Origin: Pseudoalteromonas sp.
Lineage (GTDB): Bacteria; Pseudomonadota; Gammaproteobacteria; Enterobacterales; Alteromonadaceae
Length of the DNA stretch: 64,000 nucleotides
Reading direction: 5' to 3'
Assembly: GCF_018402495.1 (NCBI RefSeq)
Contig: NZ_JAGYIU010000002.1
Coordinates: forward strand, 26,984 to 90,983
Positions 47,357 through 57,657 of this stretch are shown here, in pieces. A program made the translations under genes and the position numbers. The notes under the pieces were generated by a model. The model did no database searches, was not told where the DNA came from, and saw only the letters and a program-made list of their open reading frames with translations. Numbering within the stretch: position 1 is the stretch's first letter; each line of letters opens with the position of its first letter.

Positions 47357-48397
47357 TTATTTTGCCATGTTGGCTGTAAAGTCGAGCATGCGATTGAGTG
47401 ATTTGAGCGCGCCTTCACGTAACTCCATATCAACAAACACTTCTTTACCCGTTGCATCAATCAGTGCTTCCTCAATCGCTTGTAAGCCATTCATTGCCAT
47501 CCATGGGCAGTGAGCGCAAGTTTTACACGTAGCGCCGCTACCGGCCGTTGGAGCTTCGAAAAACTCTTTCTCTGGGCATAGTTGCTGCATTTTATAAAAA
47601 ATACCGCGATCGGTGGCTACAATAAACTTTTTATTGCTCATTGTTTGAGCGGCTTTAATTAGCTGGCTAGTAGAGCCAACTGCATCAGCGAGTTCAACAA
47701 TTTCAGCCGGTGATTCTGGATGCACAAGTACGCCCGCATCTGGGTGCAATGCCTTCATGTCTTTTAAGGCTTTGGTTTTAAATTCGTCATGTACGATACA
47801 TGCGCCGTTCCACATGATCATATCGGCACCGGTATTCTTTTGAATATAGCTGCCTAAATGCTTATCTGGGCCCCAAATAATTTTTTCGCCTTGCTCATCT
47901 AAGTGCTCTACTATTTCAAGTGCACACGATGAGGTAACTATCCAATCAGCACGCGCTTTAACCGCGGTAGACGTATTAGCATACACCACTACTTTTCGAT
48001 CAGGGTGCTGATCGCAAAACGCTGAAAATTCATCAATAGGGCAACCAATGTCTAATGAACAGGTTGCTTCAAGCGTTGGCATTACAACCGTTTTATTGGG
48101 CGTTAAAATTTTAGCGGTTTCACCCATAAAACGTACACCCGCGACGATGATCATATCGGCATCATGGCGAGCGCCAAAGCGTGCCATTTCCAGCGAATCG
48201 GCTACACAGCCACCGGTTTCCTCAGCAAGCGCTTGAATTTCAGGATCAGTGTAATAATGAGCAACAAGTACGGCATTTTTCTGTTGCAGTAACTGCTTTA
48301 TTCGCGCTTTATATTCGCCTTTTTCGTCTTGTGTTAACGGAGCTGGCTTAGGAGGAAAAATATAGCCTTCTGGCATAATAGTTTGAGCTAAACTCAT
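47357..48397 (-). CDS. nadA: quinolinate synthase
   Basis: 346 aa. Contains the NadA motifs [11 protein letters not shown] and CxxC...C cluster ligands ([11 protein letters not shown]). Confidence 0.95.
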   Translation of the reverse strand: MSLAQTIMPEGYIFPPKPAPLTQDEKGEYKARIKQLLQQKNAVLVAHYYTDPEIQALAEETGGCVADSLEMARFGARHDADMIIVAGVRFMGETAKILTPNKTVVMPTLEATCSLDIGCPIDEFSAFCDQHPDRKVVVYANTSTAVKARADWIVTSSCALEIVEHLDEQGEKIIWGPDKHLGSYIQKNTGADMIMWNGACIVHDEFKTKALKDMKALHPDAGVLVHPESPAEIVELADAVGSTSQLIKAAQTMSNKKFIVATDRGIFYKMQQLCPEKEFFEAPTAGSGATCKTCAHCPWMAMNGLQAIEEALIDATGKEVFVDMELREGALKSLNRMLDFTANMAK

Positions 48398-48547
48398 TGT
48401 TCTCGACCACTTTATTTACAGTGTAATTAATAGCGCAAATTATACGAGAAACTAACACTAAATAATAGCGATCTAACAATGCAGTTTATAAATAAAGATT
48501 AGGGAGATATTAGGGAATATTTTACATCGGATAAGGTGTAACAGAAG

Positions 48548-48623
48548 TGGTGGGTCATGATGGACTTGAACCATCGACCAATGGATTAAAAGTCCACTGC
48601 TCTACCAACTGAGCTAATGACCC
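48548..48623 (-). tRNA. tRNA-Lys (anticodon UUU), copy 1
   Basis: The reverse complement GGGTCATTAGCTCAGTTGGTAGAGCAGTGGACTTTTAATCCATTGGTCGATGGTTCAAGTCCATCATGACCCACCA folds as a canonical cloverleaf. Anticodon loop CTTTTAA, encoded CCA. Confidence 0.95.
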
Positions 48624-48724
48624 GCTCTATGTCTAACTGCCATTAATTCATTCTGAAGCATGGGACCGGCTCGTCGTCCTGACTCGCGTTCATAAGACTG
48701 CGAAACGTCGTTTCGGTTCTTATT

Positions 48725-48746
48725 CACCCAACTGAGCTAATGACTC
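48725..48746 (-). pseudogene. tRNA-Lys 5' remnant (acceptor/D-arm part only)
   Basis: cacccaactgagctaatgactc matches the 5' ~20 nt of the tRNA gene and is followed by the usual spacer. The rest of the tRNA is replaced by about 100 nt of unrelated sequence. Confidence 0.5.
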
Positions 48747-48809
48747 GCTCTGGTTTACTTGTAGAAAAAAATACGCGTAAATCCGCCGATTATAACCATT
48801 CAATAAGAA

Positions 48810-48885
48810 TGGTGGGTCATGATGGACTTGAACCATCGACCAATGGATTAAAAGTCCACTGCTCTACCAACTGAGCTAATGACCC
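48810..48885 (-). tRNA. tRNA-Lys (UUU), copy 2
   Basis: Identical by eye to copy 1. Confidence 0.95.
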
Positions 48886-48956
48886 GCTCTGGTTTACTTA
48901 TAAAAAGTAAGGCTGCGTAAATCCGCCGATTAGACCATTCTAAATATAAAAAAGAA

Positions 48957-49032
48957 TGGTGGGTCATGATGGACTTGAACCATCGACCAATGGATTAAAA
49001 GTCCACTGCTCTACCAACTGAGCTAATGACCC
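48957..49032 (-). tRNA. tRNA-Lys (UUU), copy 3
   Basis: Identical by eye to copy 1. Confidence 0.95.
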
Positions 49033-49102
49033 GCTCTGGTTTACTTATAAAAAGTAAGGCTTCGTAAATCCGCCGATTAGACCATTCTAATATAAAAAAG
49101 AA

Positions 49103-49178
49103 TGGTGGGTCATGATGGACTTGAACCATCGACCAATGGATTAAAAGTCCACTGCTCTACCAACTGAGCTAATGACCC
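49103..49178 (-). tRNA. tRNA-Lys (UUU), copy 4
   Basis: Identical by eye to copy 1. Confidence 0.95.
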
Positions 49179-49247
49179 GCTCTGGTTTACTTATAAAAAG
49201 TAAGTACGCGTAAATCCGCCGATTAGACCATTCTAATATAAAAAGAA

Positions 49248-49323
49248 TGGTGGGTCATGATGGACTTGAACCATCGACCAATGGATTAAAAGTCCACTGC
49301 TCTACCAACTGAGCTAATGACCC
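49248..49323 (-). tRNA. tRNA-Lys (UUU), copy 5
   Basis: Identical by eye to copy 1. Confidence 0.95.
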
Positions 49324-49388
49324 GCTCTGGTTTACTTATAAAAAGTAAGGCTGCGTAAATCCGCCGATTCTAACCATTCGATAGAGAA

Positions 49389-49464
49389 TGGTGGGTCATG
49401 ATGGACTTGAACCATCGACCAATGGATTAAAAGTCCACTGCTCTACCAACTGAGCTAATGACCC
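49389..49464 (-). tRNA. tRNA-Lys (UUU), copy 6
   Basis: Identical by eye to copy 1. Confidence 0.95.
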
Positions 49465-49533
49465 GCTCACTGTGTTTGTTAACACATTGCGTAAATCCGC
49501 CGATTAAGACCAAACTTTATTAACAATAAAGAA

Positions 49534-49609
49534 TGGTGGGTCATGATGGACTTGAACCATCGACCAATGGATTAAAAGTCCACTGCTCTACCAACTGAGC
49601 TAATGACCC
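49534..49609 (-). tRNA. tRNA-Lys (UUU), copy 7 (promoter-proximal)
   Basis: Identical by eye to copy 1. Confidence 0.95.
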
Positions 49610-49780
49610 GCTCTTTTTGTCGCATTTCGAGTGGGGTTACCATTCGTTTGCTGCGGGCGCTTATAATACTTATTTATAAAATGAGTGCAACCGAAATTGT
49701 CTCTTTTTTTAAGTTTTTATGTCTAGTTGAGCAAATTTAGACCGCTTATGACAAAAAGCAGTCTAATCAGGCATCAACAT

Positions 49781-50527
49781 TTATTTTGATAAGCGTTCTG
49801 TGGCTAATTTAGCAGCAGTGGTACTTGGGTACTGATTGATGAGCTCATTCAGTATTTTTTGTGCTTGAGCTTTTAAATCTTGCTCTTGTAAAAGTGTACC
49901 AAGCTTTAACATGGCATCTGGGCGTTTATTTGAATTAGGAAATTCGTTTACAACTATTTTAAAGTGCTCAGCGGCTTTCACGCCGTCATTTTTAATCGTT
50001 AATAGTTGCCCTAGCCAATAATGTGCATTTGAGGTATACACAGAATCTGGATACGTTGTTAAGAAGGCTTGAAATTCTGGAATAGCTTGATCGTAGCGTT
50101 TATCTTTCATTATAAGCGCAACAGCACGTTCATACGCTTCGTTTTCAGATAAATCGCTACTGAAGCTTTGCTCAGAGGACGAAGTATCTGATGATGGTGG
50201 AGTAGCAGCCGGTGCAGCATACGCTTGGCTAACACGGTTCTCAATTTCTTGATAAAGCTCACGTTGGCGCTGCAGTACTTTTTCAAGCTTATAGCTTTGC
50301 TCTTCGGTAACACCACGAATTTGGCTCACTTCATCCTGAAGTGAATTAAGCTGTTGCTGTAACTCTGCTTGTAAAAAATTACGCTGTTGCATCATGTTCT
50401 CAAGCGTAGCTAAACGCTTTTCAATGCTCGACTGTGAACTTGCAGCTTCTGAAACAGGAGCGGGAGCAGCCAAAACTTGGGTGCTCCCGCTCAATATCAT
50501 GGCTGCCAAAATAATTTTCGGCTTCAT
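49781..50527 (-). CDS. cpoB: cell division coordinator CpoB (YbgF), TPR protein
   Basis: 248 aa. Signal peptide, coiled-coil, and C-terminal TPR repeats. Last gene of the tol-pal cluster. Confidence 0.85.
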   Translation of the reverse strand: MKPKIILAAMILSGSTQVLAAPAPVSEAASSQSSIEKRLATLENMMQQRNFLQAELQQQLNSLQDEVSQIRGVTEEQSYKLEKVLQRQRELYQEIENRVSQAYAAPAATPPSSDTSSSEQSFSSDLSENEAYERAVALIMKDKRYDQAIPEFQAFLTTYPDSVYTSNAHYWLGQLLTIKNDGVKAAEHFKIVVNEFPNSNKRPDAMLKLGTLLQEQDLKAQAQKILNELINQYPSTTAAKLATERLSK

Positions 50528-50540
50528 AATATCTCTTATC

Positions 50541-51077
50541 TTAGTAAACTAATACCGCACGGCGGTTTTTAGCGAAAGCTTCTTCTGTGCGAGTCTTAAC
50601 CATTGGCTTTTCTTCGCCGTAGCTAACTACTGACATTTGGCTTGCTGAAACACCCAAGCTTTGTAGGTATTTTTCAACTGCCTGTCCACGATGCTCACCC
50701 AGTGCAATGTTGTACTCTGGTGTACCGCGCTCATCGGCGTGGCCTTCAATTAATACTTTAACCGACGGATTTTTAACTAAAAACTCAGCGTGTGCACGTA
50801 ATAATTCTGCATATTTGCTTTCAACATTTGCTTTATCAAAGTCAAAGTAGATAATTTGTTCTTGACGAAGCGCTTCGTACTTTTGGCGAAGTTGCTCTTC
50901 TGCTTGTTGCTCTGGCGTCATTGTTGCTACTTCAACTGTGTCAGTTGTTTGCTCAACAGTTGCTTGGTTAGACTGGTTAGCTGCATTTTCGTCGATATCA
51001 GAAGATGAGCTACAAGCTGCTAGTGTCATTACTGGCACAGCAATTAGCAGGCCTTTAAGTATTTTGTTAAGTTGCAT
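50541..51077 (-). CDS. pal: peptidoglycan-associated lipoprotein Pal
   Basis: I place the start at [22 protein letters not shown] (lipobox LAAC). Contains an OmpA-like domain ([21 protein letters not shown]). The ORF-track start at 51134 would overlap tolB. Confidence 0.9.
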   Translation of the reverse strand: MQLNKILKGLLIAVPVMTLAACSSSSDIDENAANQSNQATVEQTTDTVEVATMTPEQQAEEQLRQKYEALRQEQIIYFDFDKANVESKYAELLRAHAEFLVKNPSVKVLIEGHADERGTPEYNIALGEHRGQAVEKYLQSLGVSASQMSVVSYGEEKPMVKTRTEEAFAKNRRAVLVY

Positions 51078-51112
51078 TGAGTAGATTCCTATTTTGAGTA
51101 AACCAGCAATTA

Positions 51113-52471
51113 TTACTGTAAATATGGCGACCAAGCCGGTGCCTTTACTTGTCCATCAAGCACAGGTAAACGTGCTTTAAAACGGCCGTCCATCGATACT
51201 AGCGCAAGTACCTGTTTATTATTATGGAGCGTGCTGTATATAATCATCGAGCCATTTGGCGCTATGCTCGGTGATTCATCAAGGCGAGTTCGTGTTAAAA
51301 CTTGGAACGCACCTGTAGCCAACTCTTTCTTAGCAAGATGATACTGCCCGTGAGTACGGTTTACCATCACTAATTCTTTTCCATCTGGCGAAATAGAGCC
51401 CGCTAGATTCATATCACCATCAAAGGTTAATCTTTGAGTTCTGCCAGTTTTTAAATTTAACTTATAAATCTGAGCATTACCACCCCTTTCCGAGGTAAAT
51501 ACTATATCTTCGCCATTTGGATACCACGAGGGCTCGGTATCTATACTGCGATGGCGTGTTAATCGAGTTTCTTTACGTGTTAGTAAGTCTAATAAATAAA
51601 CCTCAGTAGCGCCCGTTTTATCCTTTGAAAGTACTAGTAATAGCTTTTTACCATCTGGCGAGAATTGGGGGGCACCGTTAATGCCTGGGTAACTGGTGAT
51701 CAACTCGCGTTTACCAGTATAGATGTCTTGAATAAAAATCTGGCTCTGGCGATTTTCAAAAGTGACATAAGCTAACTTTGTGCCGTCAGGTGACCAATTT
51801 GGTGACATTAATGGTTCTTTTGAGCGTAGTAGTACTTGCTCATCAAATCCATCGTAGTCAGCAACCACTAACTGATAAGGCTTTTCTTGGTCATTGCGAA
51901 CAATAACGTAGGCTATTTTAGTTAAAAACGCGCCTTTTTCACCAGTTAATTTTTCATAAATCACATCACTAATACGGTGCGAATAACGGCGAAACCCGTT
52001 TTCACTGATCACGCTTTGCCGTGCTTCAAGTATGTGATCTTGGCTTTGCACTAACTTACCATTGCTCATCATTTGTGTTTCACCACCGGTGATTTGCCCA
52101 CGTATAACATCGACAAGCTCATAACGCACTAGGTAGCGGCCATTTGTTTGTTGTTCTACCTCACCCACTAATACAGCTTCTACACCTTTGTTGACCCAAG
52201 CAGCATAGTCAATATCAGCATCTTTATGAGGCTGTTGCGGCATTTGCGCAACATTAACAGGCTTAAATTTACCACTGCGCATTAAATCAGCCGAAATAAC
52301 ATCACTGAGTTGCTGAGGAATAGGGCCAATGCCTTGGTATTTAAATGGCACAATTGCAATAGGCCTTGCACCATCGATACCCTCGGTAATAACAATTTCA
52401 AGTGCCGCATGAGCTATACCTTGAAATCCTAAGATTAAAACTAAACAAGCTATTTTAATTTTGTTAAACAT
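51113..52471 (-). CDS. tolB: Tol-Pal system beta-propeller protein TolB
   Basis: 452 aa. Signal peptide, TolB N-domain, and PD40 repeats (WSPDG, FSPDGK). Confidence 0.95.
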   Translation of the reverse strand: MFNKIKIACLVLILGFQGIAHAALEIVITEGIDGARPIAIVPFKYQGIGPIPQQLSDVISADLMRSGKFKPVNVAQMPQQPHKDADIDYAAWVNKGVEAVLVGEVEQQTNGRYLVRYELVDVIRGQITGGETQMMSNGKLVQSQDHILEARQSVISENGFRRYSHRISDVIYEKLTGEKGAFLTKIAYVIVRNDQEKPYQLVVADYDGFDEQVLLRSKEPLMSPNWSPDGTKLAYVTFENRQSQIFIQDIYTGKRELITSYPGINGAPQFSPDGKKLLLVLSKDKTGATEVYLLDLLTRKETRLTRHRSIDTEPSWYPNGEDIVFTSERGGNAQIYKLNLKTGRTQRLTFDGDMNLAGSISPDGKELVMVNRTHGQYHLAKKELATGAFQVLTRTRLDESPSIAPNGSMIIYSTLHNNKQVLALVSMDGRFKARLPVLDGQVKAPAWSPYLQ

Positions 52472-52479
52472 GTTTTCCC

Positions 52480-53406
52480 TTAAAACTCTGGCGCAATAGT
52501 TAAGTTAATGTTCTTTAATTTTTCAAATACATCTTTATCTTTAGAAACGGGCAATGTGTCGGCCATACGGACAGCCCTTAAAGCAGCTTCACAGACTAAC
52601 TTGTCACCCCCTAACGACTTAACCTGAGTAACTAACCCATTAAACCCAAGACGAATATTAATTCGGCATTGTTGGTTTTTCATTTTTTCGTCAATTAATA
52701 AGTTTTGTTGAATACGCGCCATAATTAATGCACGGTATTTATCAACTTCACTGGCTACTTGTCGTTGACGTATTTTGTTACGTGCAGCCTGCTCTTTGGC
52801 GAGTTGCTCTTGTAACATTTGCTCTTGTAATGCCTGCTGGCGTTTACGCTCTGCTTCTGCAGCACGCTTTTTACGCTCTTCTTCTGCTTTTTTGCGCTCT
52901 TCTTCTGCTTTTTTAAGCTCAGCTTCTTCTGCTTTGCGTTTCTCAGCAGCCACTTTAGCAGCATTTTCAGCTTCTTGTTTTTGTTTCTCAGCTTGCTTGG
53001 CTTTCGCTCGCTCACGCTGCTCTATTTGACGGGCTTTTTTAGCTTGAGCTTCTGCTTCGGCTCTTTCTTTTTCTTTCGCTCTGCGTTGCTGCTCTAGCTT
53101 TTTAATACGTCTTGCTTCGGCTTCACTTTGCTTTCGCGCTTCTGCTGCTCGGCGTTCTAAATCACGAATGCGTTTATCTTCGGCGCGCTTTTTGTCTTCT
53201 TCTTTTTTGCGTAACTCAGCTATTTTTTGCTCAACCTGCTGCTGATCGACAGTCACCGCAGATACGGCTTTTTCTGGTTCAGGAATCGCTTCATTAAGCG
53301 TTACTTCCATCACTTTAGGTTTAGGTGGATGAATATTTGCAGATGCGTACAAAAATCCCCCTAAGGCTAAATGCAGTAATACTGATTTAATTAACGACGT
53401 ATTCAT
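52480..53406 (-). CDS. tolA: Tol-Pal system protein TolA
   Basis: N-terminal TM ([19 protein letters not shown]), a long K/E/A-rich helix and a C-terminal TolA domain. I prefer the ATG at 53406, 4 nt after the tolR stop. Confidence 0.8.
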   Translation of the reverse strand: MNTSLIKSVLLHLALGGFLYASANIHPPKPKVMEVTLNEAIPEPEKAVSAVTVDQQQVEQKIAELRKKEEDKKRAEDKRIRDLERRAAEARKQSEAEARRIKKLEQQRRAKEKERAEAEAQAKKARQIEQRERAKAKQAEKQKQEAENAAKVAAEKRKAEEAELKKAEEERKKAEEERKKRAAEAERKRQQALQEQMLQEQLAKEQAARNKIRQRQVASEVDKYRALIMARIQQNLLIDEKMKNQQCRINIRLGFNGLVTQVKSLGGDKLVCEAALRAVRMADTLPVSKDKDVFEKLKNINLTIAPEF

Positions 53407-53410
53407 ATGA

Positions 53411-53842
53411 CTACTTGGTCCCCTCAAAGGATTCGGTCATTAAGCCTACCGATGGTACACCTGCATTCTTTAAAAAATCCATGAGCAGTAACACTTCTTG
53501 ATACGACACTTTGCCTGAACCTTTGATCATTACCGGCGTATTGGGCTTTTTCATTAGTTGGAGTTTAATTACCGCAGCGACATCTAATGCTTCCATTGGC
53601 TCTTCCGGATCTGTACCTATGCTCACATAATACTTACCTTGCGAATCAATAGAGGCAATAATGGGCGGCGTGTCTTTGGTATCAACTAAATCTGACTCTT
53701 CCATTTTTGGTAAGTCAACTTTGACCCCGTGGGTAATTAATGGCGCAGTGGCCATAAATATAATAAGCAACACCAACATTACATCAATGTATGGTACTAC
53801 ATTAATTTCTGCGACTGGGCGACGCTTTTTACGCTGGTACAT
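53411..53842 (-). CDS. tolR: Tol-Pal system protein TolR
   Basis: 143 aa. [19 protein letters not shown] is a typical TolR/ExbD N-terminus. Confidence 0.9.
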   Translation of the reverse strand: MYQRKKRRPVAEINVVPYIDVMLVLLIIFMATAPLITHGVKVDLPKMEESDLVDTKDTPPIIASIDSQGKYYVSIGTDPEEPMEALDVAAVIKLQLMKKPNTPVMIKGSGKVSYQEVLLLMDFLKNAGVPSVGLMTESFEGTK

Positions 53843-54533
53843 TCGCTTGAGCCTCTATTTGGGTAGCTGCTTGACGGTGTAAGATATTGGCAAATTCTTC
53901 CATAAAGTTAATATAGTGAGATTCTAACTTTTCAACTTTATTTGAAAATCGGTTATAGGCAATAACCGCTGGAATAGCCGCAAATAAACCCATTGCTGTT
54001 GCAATCAAGGCTTCTGCTATACCGGGTGCTACCATTTGTAGAGTAGCTTGTTTTACTTCGCCTAAAGCAATAAAGGCGTTCATAATACCCCAAACAGTTC
54101 CAAATAAACCAACATAAGGGCTAATTGAGCCAACCGTTGCTAAAAACGATAAACTTGATTCTAATTTTTCTATTTCACGAGAAAGCGCAACACGCATTGA
54201 GCGATGTGTACCTTCCATAACAATGCCTGCACTTTGAAAGGTATTTTTTTTATGGCGTGCAAACTCTTTAAAACCTGAAGTAAATAAAGCTTCGATACCG
54301 GTGGGTTGGCCACCGCGAGATGAAATTTCGTTATATAACTTACTTAGGTCAACACCAGACCAAAAACGTTGCTCAAATTTCTTGGCATTTGCTAAGGCGT
54401 CAGAAATGGCTTTTTTACGTTGAAAAATAATAGCCCACGACATAACCGACATAGCAACCAACGCTAGCATTACTAATTGTACAAGCAAACTGGCTTCTAG
54501 AATTAGATCTAAAAAATTAAGCCCTGATCCCAC
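53829..54533 (-). CDS. tolQ: Tol-Pal system protein TolQ
   Basis: 234 aa. Contains the motif [27 protein letters not shown] start with an AGGAG RBS. Confidence 0.9.
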   Translation of the reverse strand: MGSGLNFLDLILEASLLVQLVMLALVAMSVMSWAIIFQRKKAISDALANAKKFEQRFWSGVDLSKLYNEISSRGGQPTGIEALFTSGFKEFARHKKNTFQSAGIVMEGTHRSMRVALSREIEKLESSLSFLATVGSISPYVGLFGTVWGIMNAFIALGEVKQATLQMVAPGIAEALIATAMGLFAAIPAVIAYNRFSNKVEKLESHYINFMEEFANILHRQAATQIEAQANVPA

Positions 54534-55039
54534 GTTAAACTCCTAAATAATTAAAAACATCAAATTGGTTTATTTGAGTAAGGTAACTGCGTAACACGTT
54601 AACCACCATTAAAGTCGGCTAGTGTATCTAGTGTATTTCCTGCTGACAACGATATTGCCATGAATAGCCAACAAAAAACGTTAAAAAAGTAGTTTTATTA
54701 CTTAACGTTAATTTTACTGTATAAATATATAACAATAACGCCTTTATAAACGCGCTGTTCTACCCACTAAAAAGTCGCTAAAACACACTGTTTATTCAAA
54801 ATTAATGCATAAGCACTCACAAACACCTCAAATTTACCTTAACGTAATAGTAAAACTAATACTGAACATTAATATGTTAATACACATAAACAAAGCATTT
54901 CATTAACTTATAGAGCTAATGGCTAATTAACATGCAGCATTAGGTAAAAATAAGGAATGCTTGCTATTAGTTTTTTTTATCTGAAAAATATAAATTTTCT
55001 AGTTTGAACAAATTATGCCTTTTCGGTATTATTCTCCTA

Positions 55040-55213
55040 TACCGAGCTAGCGCATTAAATGAAAGCTATTTCATTAAATCCAGTTCCTCGTAATATGATT
55101 TATTTCGTATTACTTTTTTACTTCTTGGGGTATGACCTCAATAAGTAAACGTAGTTCCCTAGATTACTTCCTTAAACTTGTTGTTTGCCCGCATTTTTTG
55201 CGGGCTTTTTTTT
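55040..55213 (+). ncRNA. candidate small RNA or 29-aa mini-ORF transcript ending at an orphan terminator
   Basis: TTGAAC (55004-55009), 17 nt, TATTAT (55027-55032). Internal hairpins tcggtat...ataccga and aatgaaa-gct-atttcatt. A strong terminator gcccgca-ttttt-tgcgggc plus T8 at 55187-55213. No plus-strand gene lies nearby. Confidence 0.3.
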
Positions 55214-55367
55214 ACCTGCAATTTATCAAATCAGCTAAGCTGGCCTAAATACCGTTACAGCAGGCGCACAATAGCCAGATATGTCTTAACGTTCAGTGAA
55301 TTATTGTTCAGAGGGTGTTTACCTTTGCGGATTTAAAAGTCACACCCCTAATGCATTTTAGTAGGCG

Positions 55368-56375
55368 TTATTCTTGCTTGGGTAGCAAGCCAAAATGATG
55401 ATATGCATTATCAGAGACGATTCGCCCACGCGGCGTGCGCTGAATAAACCCTTGTTGAATTAAAAATGGCTCAATCACATCCTCTATGGTTTCTTTTTCT
55501 TCGCCTATTGCTGCGGCAAGGTTATCGAGACCTACAGGGCCACCCATAAATTTTTCAATAATGGCGAGTAAATATTTACGGTCCATATAATCAAACCCGC
55601 TTTTATCAACGTCAATCATATCAAGCGCTTGTTGCGCAACCTCAGTATTTACCGTACCGTCCGACTTTACTTGCGTATAATCGCGCACACGACGCAATAA
55701 ACGGTTTGCTATACGTGGCGTACCGCGTGAACGCTTAGCTATTTCAGTGGCGCCATCGTCGCACATTTCTAAATCAAGATAATGCGCTGAACGTCCTACT
55801 ATGTAGGATAAGTCCTCAACTGAGTAAAATTCTAAGCGCTGCACTATGCCAAACCGATCGCGCAGTGGTGAAGTTAATGACCCCGCCCGGGTCGTTGCGC
55901 CAATGAGTGTAAATGCGGGTAAATCAAGCTTAATAGAGCGTGCCGCGGGCCCCTCACCTATCATAATGTCTAGCTGGTAGTCTTCCATTGCGGGGTAGAG
56001 TATTTCTTCTACTTGCGGGCTCAGGCGATGGATTTCATCAATAAATAGTACATCACCTTCTTCAAGGTTAGTAAGCAATGCGGCTAAATCGCCCGCTTTT
56101 TCCAGTACAGGGCCCGATGTGGTTTTAATATTTACATTTAATTCGTTAGCCACAATATTAGCAAGCGTGGTTTTACCTAAGCCTGGTGGGCCAAATATTA
56201 ATAAGTGATCAAGTGCTTCGTTACGACTGCGCGCAGCTTCAATAAATATTTCCATTTGTTGCTTAACATGCGGCTGACCACGATAGTCAGCAAGCAGTTT
56301 GGGCCTTATAGCACGGTCTATGGTGTCTTCGTTAGTTTTTTCAGCAGCATCTATTAAGCGATCAGCTTCGATCAT
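55368..56375 (-). CDS. ruvB: Holliday junction branch migration ATPase RuvB
   Basis: 335 aa. Walker [10 protein letters not shown] and an overall RuvB pattern. Confidence 0.97.
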   Translation of the reverse strand: MIEADRLIDAAEKTNEDTIDRAIRPKLLADYRGQPHVKQQMEIFIEAARSRNEALDHLLIFGPPGLGKTTLANIVANELNVNIKTTSGPVLEKAGDLAALLTNLEEGDVLFIDEIHRLSPQVEEILYPAMEDYQLDIMIGEGPAARSIKLDLPAFTLIGATTRAGSLTSPLRDRFGIVQRLEFYSVEDLSYIVGRSAHYLDLEMCDDGATEIAKRSRGTPRIANRLLRRVRDYTQVKSDGTVNTEVAQQALDMIDVDKSGFDYMDRKYLLAIIEKFMGGPVGLDNLAAAIGEEKETIEDVIEPFLIQQGFIQRTPRGRIVSDNAYHHFGLLPKQE

Positions 56376-56382
56376 AATTTAC

Positions 56383-57000
56383 TCACAGCATTGATTTTAA
56401 AGATTCTTTAATTAGAACCTCAGTCGACATATCGGGTTTGCTCACTGATTTTACTGCTTTTTGCGCTTGTGGCAATTTATAACCAAGTGCCACCAGCGCA
56501 GAAACGGCATCATCGGCTGCATTATTGGTTATCGTTGTATCACTTGCGGGCGCTATTACAGCACTATCGCTAAATGGGGTAAATAAATCGTTGCCCCAAT
56601 TTTTTAATCTGTCTTTCATTTCTAGCACTAAGCGCTCTGCGGTTTTTTTACCCACACCCGGTAATTTAACTAAGGCAGTGGCATCTTCGTTATTTACACA
56701 ATTTACAAACTGCTGTGCCGACATGCCCGACAAAATAGCTAAACCTAGTTTAGGCCCTACCCCATTGGCTTTTAATAGCTCTCTAAATAACGCTCTTTCA
56801 GTTTTATTATTAAAACCAAACAATAACTGTACATCTTCGCGTACTACAAAATGGGTGTAAACAATAGCGTTGTCGCCCACTTTGGGTAAATCGTAAAAAC
56901 AGGTCATTGGCATTTGTACTTCGTAGCCAACGCCGCTCACTTCTAATAGTATTTCTGGCGGCTGTTTTTCAACTAACACGCCGTTTAAGCGACCTATCAT
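56383..57000 (-). CDS. ruvA: Holliday junction DNA helicase RuvA
   Basis: 205 aa. [28 protein letters not shown] is a typical RuvA N-terminus, followed by HhH motifs. Confidence 0.97.
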   Translation of the reverse strand: MIGRLNGVLVEKQPPEILLEVSGVGYEVQMPMTCFYDLPKVGDNAIVYTHFVVREDVQLLFGFNNKTERALFRELLKANGVGPKLGLAILSGMSAQQFVNCVNNEDATALVKLPGVGKKTAERLVLEMKDRLKNWGNDLFTPFSDSAVIAPASDTTITNNAADDAVSALVALGYKLPQAQKAVKSVSKPDMSTEVLIKESLKSML

Positions 57001-57002
57001 TA

Positions 57003-57527
57003 TTATTTCCTTAGACGTCCTCTAACGGTTTTGCTTGCGCTTCCCGCTAGTTTAATTAAGTTTTGTTCAGAATGAGCATGACAAATGGCAATTGCAAGTG
57101 CATCGGCAGCATCAGCCTGCGGTGTACTAGATAATTTAAGAATATTTTTAACCATATGCTGTACTTGCGATTTATCTGCACCACCATTACCTACCACGGC
57201 TTGCTTTATTTGCCGTGCTGAATATTCAAATACGGGTAAATTAGCCATAGATGCGCCTACAATTGCAGCACCACGCGCTTGCCCTAGCTTTAAAGCAGAA
57301 TCAGGATTGTGCGCCATAAATACTTTTTCTATCGCAAAGGTTTCAGGCGAAAATTGCTCAATTAATTGTGTTATACCTTGATAGATCATTTTAAGCCGAA
57401 TAGGAAATTCGTGATCAGCTAATTTAATGCAACCACTCCCTAAATAAGTAAACTTAGCACCCTGATGCGCAACCACACCATACCCCGTTAAACGCGAGCC
57501 CGGATCGATCCCTAAAATTATGGCCAA
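57003..57527 (-). CDS. ruvC: crossover junction endodeoxyribonuclease RuvC
   Basis: 174 aa. Contains [14 protein letters not shown] and conserved acidic residues. Confidence 0.97.
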   Translation of the reverse strand: MAIILGIDPGSRLTGYGVVAHQGAKFTYLGSGCIKLADHEFPIRLKMIYQGITQLIEQFSPETFAIEKVFMAHNPDSALKLGQARGAAIVGASMANLPVFEYSARQIKQAVVGNGGADKSQVQHMVKNILKLSSTPQADAADALAIAICHAHSEQNLIKLAGSASKTVRGRLRK

Positions 57528-57657
57528 ACAGCACTCTCATTATTGTACTTTGTAAATGATGCTAATAATGCCAGAGCACTGTATAAATTACCAGTGCAAA
57601 GCCAAAACAAAAATGCCCACTAAAAATGTGGGCATTTAAACTCCTTGGCTTCAACGT

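Noticed and set aside
48548-49609. Regularly spaced repeats that look superficially like a CRISPR array
   Set aside because: The 76-nt repeats fold as canonical tRNA-Lys(UUU) with CCA. The so-called spacers are nearly identical to each other rather than unique. No cas genes are nearby.
52728-53300. Direct 21-bp repeats and several overlapping ORFs in tolA
   Set aside because: They are explained by the K/E/A-rich helical domain II of TolA ([16 protein letters not shown]). The extra ORFs are repeat-driven shadows.
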